Source: Haliotis rubra
Taxonomy: Eukaryota
Assembly (NCBI RefSeq): GCF_003918875.1
Contig: NW_025766980.1
Location: 1,922,001-1,986,000 of the forward strand
DNA length: 64,000 bases
Reading direction: 5' to 3'
Below the pieces are notes generated by a model that was not told where the DNA came from, made no database searches, and worked only from the letters and a program-made list of their open reading frames with translations. Below are positions 49,701-59,947 of the stretch, piece after piece (the stretch's first letter is position 1; each line of letters begins with the position of its first letter). Both the position numbers and the translations under genes were made by a program.

Positions 49701-49803
49701 ACAGGCCTCCAACTCGTCCACGTACATACAAGATGGCTTCCAGCTTCTTCTGCCCGTCCTCCAGCAAGCTGCTATACAGAACTCGCCTGTTGTCAAGTCC
49801 TGA
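12970..49803 (+). CDS. FAM114A2: FAM114A2-like (Noxp20 family) gene, 12 coding exons: 12970-13773, 14321-14408, 16909-17019, 17608-17846, 19053-19335, 19618-19772, 21425-21513, 23049-23132, 23390-23529, 47172-47244, 48624-48680, 49705-49803
   Basis: all introns GT-AG with compatible phases except one 1-bp loss near 19638; family motifs [96 protein letters not shown]. Confidence 0.9.
14321..14408 (+). CDS. FAM114A2: FAM114A2-like coding exon 2
   Basis: [29 protein letters not shown]; ttacag / GTGAGT. Confidence 0.85.
14430..15305. repeat. Low-complexity minisatellite built from catagtgatgt / catagtagtgtgatgcagtga units
   Basis: direct inspection. Confidence 0.9.
15570..16352. repeat. 21-bp minisatellite (catagtgctgtgatgcagtgt), related to the preceding array
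   Basis: 7-aa periodicity in the spurious ORFs. Confidence 0.9.
16909..17019 (+). CDS. FAM114A2: FAM114A2-like coding exon 3
   Basis: [24 protein letters not shown]; gtccag / GTATGT, phase 1-1. Confidence 0.85.
17608..17846 (+). CDS. FAM114A2: FAM114A2-like coding exon 4
   Basis: ttttcag / GTGAGT; ends [19 protein letters not shown]. Confidence 0.85.
17910..18140 (+). mobile_element. V-domain-like SINE (family B)
   Basis: ATGCTTGTCGTAAGAGG(C/T)GACT motif; 3' tail GCTGGAATATTGCT shared with family A. Confidence 0.8.
19053..19335 (+). CDS. FAM114A2: FAM114A2-like coding exon 5
   Basis: [11 protein letters not shown]...[20 protein letters not shown]...[10 protein letters not shown]. Confidence 0.92.
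19618..19772 (+). CDS. FAM114A2: FAM114A2-like coding exon 6 (apparent 1-bp deletion near 19638)
   Basis: MAHLEA[L][15 protein letters not shown]; ttacag / GTATGG; 155 bp where 156 is needed. Confidence 0.85.
20434..21092. repeat. 52-bp minisatellite (~12.5 copies)
   Basis: unit aatcgtatactacactaagttgtctgtctgcaatacaatctgataatcagcc. Confidence 0.95.
21193..21281 (+). mobile_element. 5'-truncated family A SINE
   Basis: 3' half of family A; TSD ctcattcctttac. Confidence 0.85.
21425..21513 (+). CDS. FAM114A2: FAM114A2-like coding exon 7
   Basis: [29 protein letters not shown]; phase 1-0. Confidence 0.85.
21584..22648. mobile_element. Non-autonomous DNA transposon, Kolobok-like
   Basis: TIR aggtcacatgcaac / gttgcatgtgacct; TTAA TSD at 21580-21583 and 22649-22652; RR..YY termini. 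Confidence 0.85.
23049..23132 (+). CDS. FAM114A2: FAM114A2-like coding exon 8
   Basis: [28 protein letters not shown]; gtgcag / GTAAGA. Confidence 0.8.
23390..23529 (+). CDS. FAM114A2: FAM114A2-like coding exon 9
   Basis: [30 protein letters not shown]; tttcag / GTACGA, phase 0-2. Confidence 0.9.
23590..24386 (-). repeat. Gypsy LTR 1 (3' LTR of copy A)
   Basis: 797 bp, TGT...ACA, abuts a minus-strand polypurine tract (aaagggggaa, ~24389-24398). Confidence 0.95.
24645..28902 (-). pseudogene. Gypsy pol, copy A (PR-RT-RNaseH-integrase), many frameshifts
   Basis: [62 protein letters not shown]. Confidence 0.93.
28899..30007 (-). pseudogene. Gypsy gag, copy A (PNMA/Ma-type), frameshifted
   Basis: MAQGGEDW...[26 protein letters not shown]...FWTGLRN...[11 protein letters not shown]...DSLN*. 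Confidence 0.88.
30820..30925. repeat. 18-bp tandem repeat (taatctaactaattaaac) in the Gypsy 5' leader; also at ~38675-38778
   Basis: direct inspection in both copies. Confidence 0.8.
31419..31436 (-). promoter_or_regulatory. Primer binding site, tRNA-Lys(UUU), copy A
   Basis: TGGCGCCCGAACAGAGAC, 2 nt from LTR 2; 17/18 match to the copy B PBS. Confidence 0.9.
31439..32227 (-). repeat. Gypsy LTR 2, shared (5' LTR of copy A and 3' LTR of copy B)
   Basis: PBS on one side and PPT (~32230-32241) on the other; near identical to LTR 1. Confidence 0.95.
32490..36747 (-). pseudogene. Gypsy pol, copy B (PR-RT-RH-INT), few frameshifts
   Basis: 513-aa ORF 33524-35065 with RH ([25 protein letters not shown]) and integrase (HHCC zinc finger, D..D..E); RT YLDD. 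Confidence 0.95.
36744..37850 (-). pseudogene. Gypsy gag, copy B (PNMA-type), frameshifted
   Basis: same protein as copy A, e.g. [21 protein letters not shown]. Confidence 0.88.
39270..39287 (-). promoter_or_regulatory. Primer binding site, tRNA-Lys(UUU), copy B
   Basis: TGGCGCCCGAACAGGGAC, the canonical 18-nt complement of the tRNA-Lys3 3' end. Confidence 0.92.
39290..39537 (-). repeat. Gypsy LTR 3, left fragment (interrupted by DIRS)
   Basis: matches LTR 1 from 23590 to ~23837. Confidence 0.93.
39981..42160 (+). pseudogene. DIRS ORF1 (gag-like), frameshifted
   Basis: N-terminal Cys/His cluster (CPSC...H.LC...C), Ser/Arg/Pro-rich RSP repeats at ~40900-41200, C-terminal RGG-rich end, upstream of RT. 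Confidence 0.6.
42220..43700 (+). pseudogene. DIRS reverse transcriptase / RNase H, frameshifted
   Basis: [70 protein letters not shown]. Confidence 0.9.
43730..44105 (+). pseudogene. DIRS methyltransferase-like (Dam-like) domain
   Basis: [13 protein letters not shown] and [14 protein letters not shown] motifs following RNase H, as typical of DIRS1. Confidence 0.75.
44110..45179 (+). pseudogene. DIRS tyrosine recombinase, frameshifted
   Basis: [20 protein letters not shown] (catalytic R), LCP, PHEIRA (HxxR), [16 protein letters not shown] (W...Y). Confidence 0.92.
45544..45622. other. DIRS internal complementary region (ICR)
   Basis: reverse complement of the left terminus (tttttccttatcctgactcatgctcttttg) joined to the reverse complement of the right terminus (...ttttactcaaaaaattacata). 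Confidence 0.93.
45921..46470 (-). repeat. Gypsy LTR 3, right fragment (5' end of the whole element)
   Basis: resumes the LTR sequence (attgataaaat...) exactly where it was interrupted; ends gcgaca + TSD tatg. Confidence 0.93.
47172..47244 (+). CDS. FAM114A2: FAM114A2-like coding exon 10
   Basis: [24 protein letters not shown]; ttttgcag / GTAAGT, phase 2-0 matches exon 9. Confidence 0.85.
47677..48248. mobile_element. Tc1/mariner-pogo-type MITE
   Basis: TIR cagtgaagcctcgttaatccggac / gtccggactaacggggcttcactg; TA TSD; internal tccgga repeats. Confidence 0.88.
48624..48680 (+). CDS. FAM114A2: FAM114A2-like coding exon 11
   Basis: [19 protein letters not shown]; caccag / GTGAGT. Confidence 0.85.
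48880..49028 (+). mobile_element. Family A SINE
   Basis: TSD ctgatcatgtactc. Confidence 0.85.
49045..49500. repeat. Pyrimidine-rich tandem repeat (~100-bp unit, ~3.5 copies)
   Basis: recurrent attagccatat..ccctgacaccccacacctcctccctcacaatcttacctctccc. Confidence 0.8.
49705..49803 (+). CDS. FAM114A2: FAM114A2-like last coding exon
   Basis: [32 protein letters not shown]; followed by an AT-rich, SINE-poor probable 3' UTR to ~52600. Confidence 0.9.
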   Translation, partial: ASNSSTYIQDGFQLLLPVLQQAAIQNSPVVKS

Positions 49804-52800
49804 TGTGCCGGAACCTGTCTGGCTGTACATATGTCCATAGTAGTGCTTTAATGTCATTGTGATACATGGCTGTACAGTGTACATAAGGATGTCATGTCTT
49901 CATGGAGCTGGCAGTACAAACCCAATACCTGTTGTACAGGATCAGTACATTCTGTAACATATTGTCACTATTTATGACTGCAACACAACATTGAGTGTGT
50001 TGAATCAGGTGAACAGAATTCTGAGATGTTAAATTAACTGAACCTGATTCCTGCACAATGTTTAGTAATAATGATAATAATAATAATAAGTCATAAGGCC
50101 ACTTGTAAACTGATGTAACTATACACCTTGTGAACATGGTCTTAGCACATAAAAACACACTTTCAATGAATGTCAACATTGCCGAAATATATGCATCTAT
50201 AGTTGGGATTAAAGGTTGTTAACAGGGGATTAAAAGTGTTGAATGTAGGGGCACATTTGGAAGGAGAGTGTTTCATAACCGACAGTACAATGATCTGACA
50301 CCAACAGTCTTTAACTTGTAGGGAGGTACTGTAAGAAAGAACTTGTCAACTGAAGGAAGACTCCTTGAAGGTTAATGCACACTAGTGAGGGTTTTAAGAT
50401 ACATTAAAATTGATGGAGACGATTTTGGATATATGTATACATGAAATATTGTATAGAAATTCATGACTATGGGATTGGTTGATTTTAGTAGGACAAAGTT
50501 GGTTTACAAATGCAATTATGGTGTTGATCATGATGAATGATATTGTTTTATTATTTTTGGTTTCATTTGTGTTAAACTATTCATTATCATCCAAATAGAT
50601 TTACATATTAATATAGATATTTTCTGTATTCCTGTTTGTTATTAGTAGGGGGTGTTATAAAGTTGCATTAGCAACGCTTTTACACAGTACTCGAAAATAC
50701 ATCAAGATAATTTCAGGATTTTGAAGAAATATACATGTCATTCTGCCTATTGTCATGATGAAAGGATTGTTATAAAGTAGGTAGGGAATGATATTTGCCA
50801 TACAGAGTTTGTAGCAATGTGTGGAGAAATACTTATTTCTCATGAAATAGATGATTTTGTATGAAGTATTTCTAAATGACAGTTTAAAATTAAATTATAA
50901 CTGGTTTGTCCATCTTAGGGTCATGCATCACATCACAGAGGGTTCATGGTGTTAAACCTTTAAGGTGTTATGGGATTTCATGAAGGTTTTATGTTCCTGC
51001 AACCTGTATTGTGTTCACTGTTTAATCAGGATAATTACCAATTCACATTTCAGTCTTCAAAGGCCTTGGTATATTTCTTTCTAAGGCTCTTGATTAAAAA
51101 TTGCTTGATGTAAACATTGTTAAATTCAAAGCTAGATTGGACTTTAATATTCATCAGTTATTGGTTTTCACTTAACACAAAGTGACGTCCAAAGTTAATG
51201 TATATCTGTATAAATACATTCATTTAGATGTCTATTTTTGTGGCATTGTTTAATAATCATGATCATAAATAAGTACTGTTTTTTGTGCGAATCTTTTAAT
51301 TTCTGTTTTATGAAGGCCGCTTAGCAGTGCATGTTGGTTAAGAATGTTGCTTTATCTCAGGTATCTGGAGCATATCAGATTAATAATGATGTACACTGGG
51401 TCAGAATAGGACTAAATAAGAAGATGTTCTAGAAGTTATCAGTGTTAGAGGGTTGTAAGAAGGGGTGTACAGTATACTGGAAAGTCTACATTCAGATGTA
51501 CAGCAACTGTTTGTACTTATAATATGTAGATATAAGGAAATGCCTGTTAATACTTGTTACACCCAGTGTAATAACATATATATTGTCCATACCCTGTTTG
51601 TGTTTGATAATAGTTTTAGTTGAATATTTGTTGGTAACTTCTTTGGATGCATTTGCAACTTTGTGTATAGAATTTTGCTGATATTAGATTTATGCATTTA
51701 TATTGCTATTGCCATATTCCACTGGTACTGTTTACAGAAGACCTGAAATTTGGACTGACATTGAATCATGCCAGCATAGACTTGCTACATTATTTGGGTT
51801 CTATTGTCTGTGACTTAAATGTGGGGATCGTACCGATGAATATTTGTGGTTTGCAATGGATCTGAAAAGGTGTAAAGTCTTGTGAAAACATTGAATTGCT
51901 GTGACAGAATGATTCCTATTGCTAAGTGAAAAACAATCTAAATATCCATAAGTAATAATATTTGCAAATATACTAGTTCTATTCTTTAAAATTGTTTTCC
52001 CAGGTGACTAATTTTAAATACTTAAAGAGGAACCAGACCTCACAGTTTGGTGCCAATTTCAAGTCTAGGGTGACACAATGTAAAAATACAGTAAGCGAGG
52101 GTTATAAAGTTATACCCATCAGTTCACTATAAGCATGTTCATTGAAAACACTTTTTACTGTACTTGGTGTAAGAGTGAGACATTGTCTCCAGCTGATAAA
52201 CTCTGGTAATGTAGCTAGACAATTTGAGTGCTCAGTAAAACAAGATTGAGATAAATTAGTGCTGTAACTGCCTATATACAGAGGCAATTATCTCTATAAA
52301 GCTAAAGACAGGGAATGATATTGCATGGTGTGTATCAACGTTTTTGTTGGTTAGCTTTTGGGAGCTAAAGTGGAAAAGTCAAATTTTAGACAGCCCGATA
52401 TTGAATATTATCATGATTAATTGTTGGTGCTTTTTAAATGCTTTACAGAAACTAAGAATGAAAAGGTGAAGTGTTGGCAATGTGGTTATTGCTGTCTTGT
52501 ATTAATAATGGTCATAATAAATGTATGATTTATTTGCCTGAAAACATCACTGGGGAAATAACTTCACTCATGCTGGTGAAAATAAATACATGCAAGTCTC
52601 AAGTGTTGGTTGGGCTTTAGTTACAGGTAGTAATGTGTTTTTTTGCTGGCTTCTGTGTAATTGTATCTGCAAGACCTGTTCAACAGAGACAATGTAACTG
52701 GTGAAATGGGTCTGTGAAAATAATCAAGTCATGGGCATTCATCTACCCAACTGTGATATGATGACATGCTTCAACCAAGTCAGGGATACTGTGCAGCCGG

Positions 52801-52929
52801 TGAGTTGCCTGAAGACCAATTCTAAGGGATAAATGAATGTCTGTGTGTTGTAACTGGTACTTGTCTGTGTACATTTTGTCAAATATACAACTGACCAGGG
52901 AGAATAGAAGACGTAGATTATCCCTGAAC

Positions 52930-53130
52930 TAACATATAATGCTTTAGTTCAACATAGATACTTCACTCCAAAACAGTAGTGTGACAAGACAACCAGTCCT
53001 TGTTATGTCCATGCCAAGCTCCAGGATGGGTAACAAGTAGGGTAGTATACCTTTAATACGAGAAAGCTGGGAATTGAACCGCTGAGGTTCCACTCTCCAG
53101 GCGTGTGCTATCCTCTAGACCACGAAGACA
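52930..53130 (-). mobile_element. Degenerate MetaSINE-like fragment
   Basis: decayed tRNA head on the minus strand and ccagtccttgtt matching the 1658 family. Confidence 0.45.
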
Positions 53131-53312
53131 GTCTTCAACTGTGGAACAATAATAATTAGGACCATAATACTACCTAAAAGTCAACATTTGCAAACACTCT
53201 TTACAATATTCCTGTTATTTCCTTGTTATCTGCTCATCCAAGTAATTAGCTTTGGGTGCAACTCTCTGTCTCATGTTTCATCTGTATAACTGCTAACAGA
53301 GGTAAAAAGTCA

Positions 53313-53920
53313 TTTGAGACAAAATGATACTGATGATTTGCGCATAATTTGTGCCACAAAGATAAAAAAATTGTTTAAGAAACTGTCGTCATTTATTTGT
53401 GCGTTTTCCCAGTTTGTTATAAGGGCGCATTGGCAGCTAAAGGCACAGCGCGAAAAGCGAGATGCACGTGCGTTAACCGGTTCTCAACAAATTTTTGAGC
53501 TGGTGAGATGGCACGTACCCCAGCTGTACAGGCAGTGCGCTGTATGTACTTACTAATTGCATACCTGGGTCACCCCGTCATTTTCATCCTTGAAGAAATC
53601 ATAGACTTTGTTAATTATAGACTTTAATTTTCTCTCACTTTGTCAATCAGCAGTAATCACATGTCTCTGATGTCTCTAATGCACGCGCATCTCGCTTTTC
53701 GCGCTGTGCCTTTAGTTGCCAATGCGCCCTTGTAACAAACTTGGAAAACGCACAAATAAATGATGACAGTTTCTTAAACAACTTATTTATTTTTTGACAA
53801 AAATTATGCCATTTTTAGAGTTGGTCTGTTGTTTTTCTTGCAGTCCGCGTTGGTTTGATTATTTTATGTCTATTTGTTTTTGTGTTAGATTGCAATTCAT
53901 CGGTATCATTTTGTCTCAAA
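53313..53920. mobile_element. Foldback-like element with long inverted repeats
   Basis: ~53370-53475 inverted to ~53677-53782; outer tttgagacaaaatgatac / gtatcattttgtctcaaa. Confidence 0.75.
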
Positions 53921-54568
53921 CGTACTGTACATGCAATAGCCATGTCTGTCGGGTACACATCAAACTTAGATCCCTGTGCCACAACAGTTCGTAATTCAAT
54001 ATTTAGGGGTCTTGCCCAATGAAAATACAACCCTTTAATTTAATCTGCGAAATGTCATCAAATGCTAAACAAGCTTAATCAGTTTCAGATAAATGTTTTC
54101 CGTTGACAGGAATAATCTAATCAGTTGTACTCATTAGCAGGGCAATCACGATGATAATCTTCATCAATAAGTAAACAGTGTGATAACCCCTTTGATCCGT
54201 CTATGAATAGATACTGGTGTATCGTACAGACCATTTTCAACTCAATTTCTGTGAAACGAATAATCGATTCTTTCACAAGACCCCATCTGATCAGAATTAT
54301 TCGGTTTGCGGGCAAGAGCAAGTGAGTTAATGATAGATTTTACGCGCGCTTCTTTTGCCTGTTGTTCACTTGTTGACAACCAACGTTATGTTGAGCTGAA
54401 CCAACTTACACATAGAAGACTCTGTCTGTGTCAATTGGTGTACACAGCCATGATCACGAAAAACACGTGAAAATCATACAAACCCTTTCTTACAATGCGG
54501 GCACACGCGGTGATAGCTGCTGAAATTGTTCAGCATGCAAGTGAGTAAATGTACGGCATCATTCTGCG

Positions 54569-54728
54569 CTAGTCCTTTTTGTAATTCGACAATAAGTCCG
54601 ACTTGTTTAGTCCTTTTTGTAATTCCGACAATATGTCAGACTTGTTTACTAGTCCTTTTTGTAATTCGACAATATGTCAGACTTGTTTACTAGTCCTTTT
54701 TGTAATTCGACAATATGTCAGACTTGTT
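54569..54728. repeat. ~40-bp tandem repeat, 4 copies
   Basis: ctagtcctttttgtaattcgacaatatgtcagacttgttta. Confidence 0.85.
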
Positions 54729-55116
54729 TCTATACAATATATTCTCGACCATCATTTATGTGCGTTTTATGTAACGATTAAACGTAGGGTATGTCCTTGT
54801 GTATCTTGAGAATGGCTTGTTCTTCAAGGAATGAGCACCTACCTTTCAAAGCAAGTATATTTTTCACAGGGTATGACTTGATTTCCGCAGGCAAACACTG
54901 AACTATATTTTCCTTATGAACATACTTTGGACATATTCCAACCCAGAACTAAACTAAATTGCTAAAGAATTGGAAGGTTGTCGTGTAAATTCTGGAACAA
55001 GTGCGAATATTTATTTAACTAAACTAAATATTGTCGTATTTATGGGAACTGAATTGCTCTGAAAACTTTCACTTTCAGTAAATTATTATGTTTTGTCTTT
55101 TCCTCTTCCTAAAACC

Positions 55117-55345
55117 GACCCGTGGGGGTCCGGGTTAGAATATAAATCTTCACTAACTCACGCTTGTCGTAAGAGGCGACTAACGGGATCGGGTGGTCAG
55201 TCTCGCTGACTTGGTTGACACATGTCATCGGTTCTTAAAGGCGCAGATCAATGCTCATGTTGTTGATCACTGGATTGTCTGGTCCAGACTCGATTATTTA
55301 CAGACTGCCGCCATATAGCTGGAATATTGCTGAGTGTGGCTTAAA
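55117..55345 (+). mobile_element. V-domain-like SINE (family B)
   Basis: GCTTGTCGTAAGAGGCGACTAA motif, (ACTC)n tail, TSD-like cttcctaaaacc / cttccttaaaacc. Confidence 0.85.
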
Positions 55346-55585
55346 ACTAAACTCACTCACTCACTTCCTTAAACCACGCTTTAGAAAGCCTCCTGAAGTA
55401 GATCCTCTTGTGGACAGTTTAAGAAACCCTCTTAAAGACAGTAATAGTATCGAGAGAAGAGGTCACGCAGTGTAGAAGTCCTCCATGGAGAAACACATCA
55501 TCATATGAACAGATGTTATCAATGATGTAGCCCACCAGTGGAACTAATATTAAGTATTGCAGTTCTTGGCCTTTCTTACACTATG

Positions 55586-55745
55586 GGGGCGGTGGGGTAG
55601 CCTAATGGTTAAAGCGTTGGCTCGTCACGCCGAAGACCCGGGTTCGAATCCCCACATGGGCACAATGTGTGAAGCCCATTTCTGGTGTCCCCCGCCGTGA
55701 TGTTGCTGGAATATTGCTAAAAGCGGCGTAAAACCAAACTCAGTC
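55586..55745 (+). mobile_element. Full-length family A SINE
   Basis: A box GTAGCCTAATGG, B box GGTTCGAATCC; 12-bp TSD tcttacactatg. Confidence 0.9.
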
Positions 55746-57062
55746 AGTCTTACACTATGTTCGGATTTGAAAGATATGCGACGAGCATATCACTACGGCC
55801 GTTTACTAAGGGCTTTACTATGCTTGTTTTGGGACCCTACATTCGATTTTACTGAAATGTGTCAGTCGGGGTTTCTCATTGAAAGATATCTTTGGTTTCA
55901 TCGAAACAGCAGAAATATGTCGCAGGCTTTACCCTTTTAACATCTACTGGGATAAATTAGACAGAGCTTTTTAGATTTCCTCGGACCAGGGATACTCTAC
56001 AACCTTATATAGTCTCCCTGCTCGGACAAATAAGCGCAACGAAAGATGACCCCAGAATGAACAGTTTTTCAATTAGAATTACTAACAGGTGCGTGCGAGA
56101 AGTGATAGTTTCACCGTAATTTGTAAAGTGATAACAAGTACACTGAAAGTTTAAACAAATGTCCTTTTAATTGTTAAGTACGATACACTCTTGATCTGGA
56201 GTTTACCGTTATTTCCTCTTCCGATGGCAGACACATGCTATGAAACAACCGGCTGATTAAAATTAAACAATTTGAGGCGAGTCACCCTTATCTGTTTGTC
56301 GACTTGACACGCGCGAACTATATTTGCGGAAGGATAGAAATGCTACAACACTGAGCCGGTGTAATGAGAGTGATTTGCCTCGGTTGACAGTGTATCCTGA
56401 CGCAGCTTGACTTAAACCTTGCCCATGGACCGTGCAAACAGAGGGGATAGTTACACGCAGTGTTGAAATAGCCAGTCAAACAGTCAGTCTTTGTATGCTC
56501 CACAAAAAACGACCAGCGACCAATTTACTCCCCGTTTCACCACTAGAAACATTCTGTGGATAAGTCAAAGGTAGCTGTCGGCAACCCGAAGTCGGATAAA
56601 GCGAAAACACCAGTAACATGTAAAATCCTTATATTCCCGCAATACATGAGAGTGTGTTTATCAGCTATTTCACGAAACATTGAAATATCAAACTTTACGG
56701 GGCATACATATTTAAGCAAAGGGTGGTCGTCGATTGATGAGTGGTCGCAATTTTCGTCATGGCTGCCGCGTACGCTTATCAAGCCAGGTTGGCGTTTCGG
56801 TTTGGTGCCACATCTGAAGCCCAGTAATGATGCCTGCCGCAGGCACTTGTGTGACTAGACTGGTGATGAGAGCTTCGTAAAACTATTCTCACTCATCCGC
56901 TGGCTACTCCCTCCTACATTAGCACACACTTACACATTACCGAAATGTTCTACATCGTCGCACATCCGGTACCATCAGCCCACCCATGATGCTGGTTACC
57001 CGGATGCTCTGACCGATGGCCCAGAGTACCCGGATATGGCGGCCATATTCTTCAAGTTCAGG

Positions 57063-57143
57063 CAATGTATGAAGCCCATTTCTGGTGTCCCTCGCAGTGA
57101 TATTGCTGGAGTATTGCTAAAAGCGGCGTAAAACTAAACTCAC
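57063..57143 (+). mobile_element. 5'-truncated family A SINE
   Basis: TSD tcaagttcagg. Confidence 0.8.
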
Positions 57144-57289
57144 TCAAGTTCAGGGGAGAGCTCGTACCTCGTACCTCTTCCCGACTGTGAAGGAGATCAG
57201 ACTCTGACTACCTGTCTGTCGTCATGCTCTGATGACGGGGGTTGTCACTCATAATTTTGTTCATTTCTTTGTCTTATTCAGGAGGGCTG

Positions 57290-57515
57290 GACCAGTGAAG
57301 ATCCGGGTTAGAAGTGGCCTTCGGCTACCCATGCTTGTCGTAAGAGGCCACTAACGGGATTGGGTGGTCAGGCTCGCTGACTGAGTTGACACATGTCATC
57401 GTATCCCAATTGCGTAGATCGATGTTCATGATGTTGATCACTGGATTGTCTGGTATAGACCCGATTATTTACAGACCGCCGCCATATTGCAGGAATTTTG
57501 CGTTAAACAACAAAA
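57290..57515 (+). mobile_element. Family B SINE
   Basis: matches 55117-55345. Confidence 0.85.
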
Positions 57516-57849
57516 ATGCGAAACAAAGCAAGGAATATCGGCGCAATGAGATTTGAAACTTACGGACAAGGGCTTTGTCAGCTCACTCCTGTTTTTTGTG
57601 GGTCGTATGTACAGTCCAGTGTGGAAGGTCGTCTCATTAATTTTGTTAGAAGTATATCTGCGTTTATATATTTTATCTCACCCATTTCTTTGTTGTTAAA
57701 CGCCACCACAGCAATATTTAATTTTTATGAAGGTGGCCTTCAAATAATCTAGTGTGGACCAGAATAAACACTGATCACATTGTAAACAGAAAGTAACACG
57801 ACGCTGGTTTACGGTCACGCGCAATCAACAAAATCATCGAAATTGACAT

Positions 57850-58070
57850 CCTTGTGAAGATCCGGGTTAGAATTGGTCCTTAGCTACCCGTGCTTGTCTC
57901 AAGAGGTGACTAACTGGATCAGGTGGTCAAGTTTGTTCACTTGTTAGATGCATGCTATAGTTTCCCAGTTGCGCTGGTATCAATCAATAGGTTACCAGGT
58001 CCAGGCGCCATGATTTATAGACCGCCTTCATACAGCTGGAATAGAGCTGAGTGCGGCGCTAAACATAACA
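57850..58070 (+). mobile_element. Diverged family B SINE
   Basis: gtgaagatccgggttagaattgg ... gctggaatagagctgagtgcggcg. Confidence 0.7.
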
Positions 58071-58074
58071 CAAG

Positions 58075-58260
58075 GTGTGCTATTCCACCAGCAGAAGACA
58101 CATGTACTCGAGTCTCTTGTCGCCAAGGCTATGTACAATGCTTGGCAGTCCATTTGAACTCATTGAACATCCTCTGTATTCACCAAATGTAGCACCGTCA
58201 CATCTCTTCCCAGACTTGAAGAAAGAATTCTTTGGCATTATGACGTCATTTCCGCTGTGG
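58075..58260 (+). pseudogene. Mariner transposase relic
   Basis: FELIEHPLYSPNVAPSHLFPDLKK resembles mariner HPPYSPDLAPSDYHLF. Confidence 0.7.
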
Positions 58261-58725
58261 CGGACTCATCAGACCACTGAAAGGGAGCTAGGACCAGTAG
58301 GTCCCAGGAAGTGTGGCATCGTTGGCAGAAGTGAGTGGACCTAGGTTGTTAAATAAACAAATCCACGCAGTCCATCATAGTTAAGCTCAGTCCCGTCGTA
58401 CACACTGGTCGTAAGACTCAGATCAGATGGTGAGGCTCGGTTACTTGGCTGACTGCGTGATGGTGTGGATGGTGTTCATCCTATCAATCACTGATTTGTT
58501 ACATTACGAAATGTCAGTCCAAATTTGGAGGACGTCCCAAGACGATATGCAGGTCATAGACGATAATCACAAAACCATGAGTCCTCTTAACTGGAATTCG
58601 AACTCACGAATGAGATAAGATTCCAACACGTTAAAGGGGGTGGGTGTGTATGGCCTTAATACTCACTCACCCACTTTAAACGTGTTTCCAAAACGTGTAA
58701 GAGGATTCTTCATGGAGTGAAATAG

Positions 58726-58865
58726 CAGTGGCGGATCCAGAGGAGGGGTTCGAACCCACCCACCCCCACCCCTCTCTTTTGAAAATGACTTAAGATCACA
58801 TTGAAGATTTTTTTGCGTTGGGGGAGCCAATGGGGGTCCTTTCAAAATTCCTGGATCCGCCCATG
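58726..58865. mobile_element. 140-bp MITE with 5-bp TSD
   Basis: cagtggcggatccag ... ctggatccgcccatg; TSD aatag at 58721-58725 and 58866-58870. Confidence 0.8.
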
Positions 58866-59802
58866 AATAGTGTATGTCTTGTAGAGGTGACAGACATTAG
58901 AATGAGTGAAATGAAATTCGGAAATTTCAACTTCTAGGTTTCAAGCTCCATACCATCGCGTGCTACCTCACGTCATGGGGAAAAAGTCAAGGCTAAGTAT
59001 GGCTTTTGGGAGCTTGTTTGGGTAATTATCTAAGGGCGGTAACTCAAAGTGAAAAAGATATCTCGGTCGCATGTCGTGACGTTTCTCCTCTGATCATTTG
59101 TAAGATTGCATGTTTACCACGGAGATTATGTAATAGTGCTTTAATGGGTGCTGACACTGTGCACGCAAACAGTAAACTCTGTCATAAGGCCGTTTCAAAT
59201 AAACCACGTCCCATGCCAAGCTGGTGCTAATCTGTTAGAGGACTGGCTAATCTCTACGAGTGACGTGAAACGTGCACGGAAGTTGCATTTTATGCAACAT
59301 CTGATTCCGTTTTAGACCGCTAAAAATGCTGGAAGAGACAAAACGAATAATCACTTATAAATACACCCCGGTCAATAACCGCCATGGAAATGAGGGGCGA
59401 TAACTCCCTACCCAGTTCCTCATCGTTTACATTCGAATTAGATTTAATCAGAACACACAGCCTATTTATGTGTGGGTGGCTCAATTGTATTTTGACTTGT
59501 TTAGTGTGGTATGATGTCTGCACGACACACCTATAAACTTCGCCTGATAAAGATTCCTTGTTTGTTAGTACTATAACCCGGGTTTTACCAGGTCGCTGCC
59601 ACTTCCTGTTATACCGGAAATGCAACGTCCCAAACACGTGGTATAGCTGATATATTCGACCGAGCGTATTCCAGTCAACATCCTTGACATAAACGGTGAT
59701 TCGAGAGCTTCACATGAAATAATTAAGTTAACAAACAATATGACACATTTAGTACTTTTCAAAGACAAGTTCGAATTATTGTATTTGTACACAAAAATAC
59801 CC

Positions 59803-59947
59803 TTGAAGACTAGGATTAGGACTGGTCTTCCATGGTCTGCCATGTTTGTCGTATGAGGCGACTATCGGGATCGGGTGATCTGGTCCAGACTCGAATATTT
59901 ACAGGCCTCCTCCATATAACTGTAATAATATTGACTAAACAACAAAA
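59803..59947 (+). mobile_element. Diverged, deleted family B SINE
   Basis: tgtcgtatgaggcgacta, tctggtccagactcga. Confidence 0.6.
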
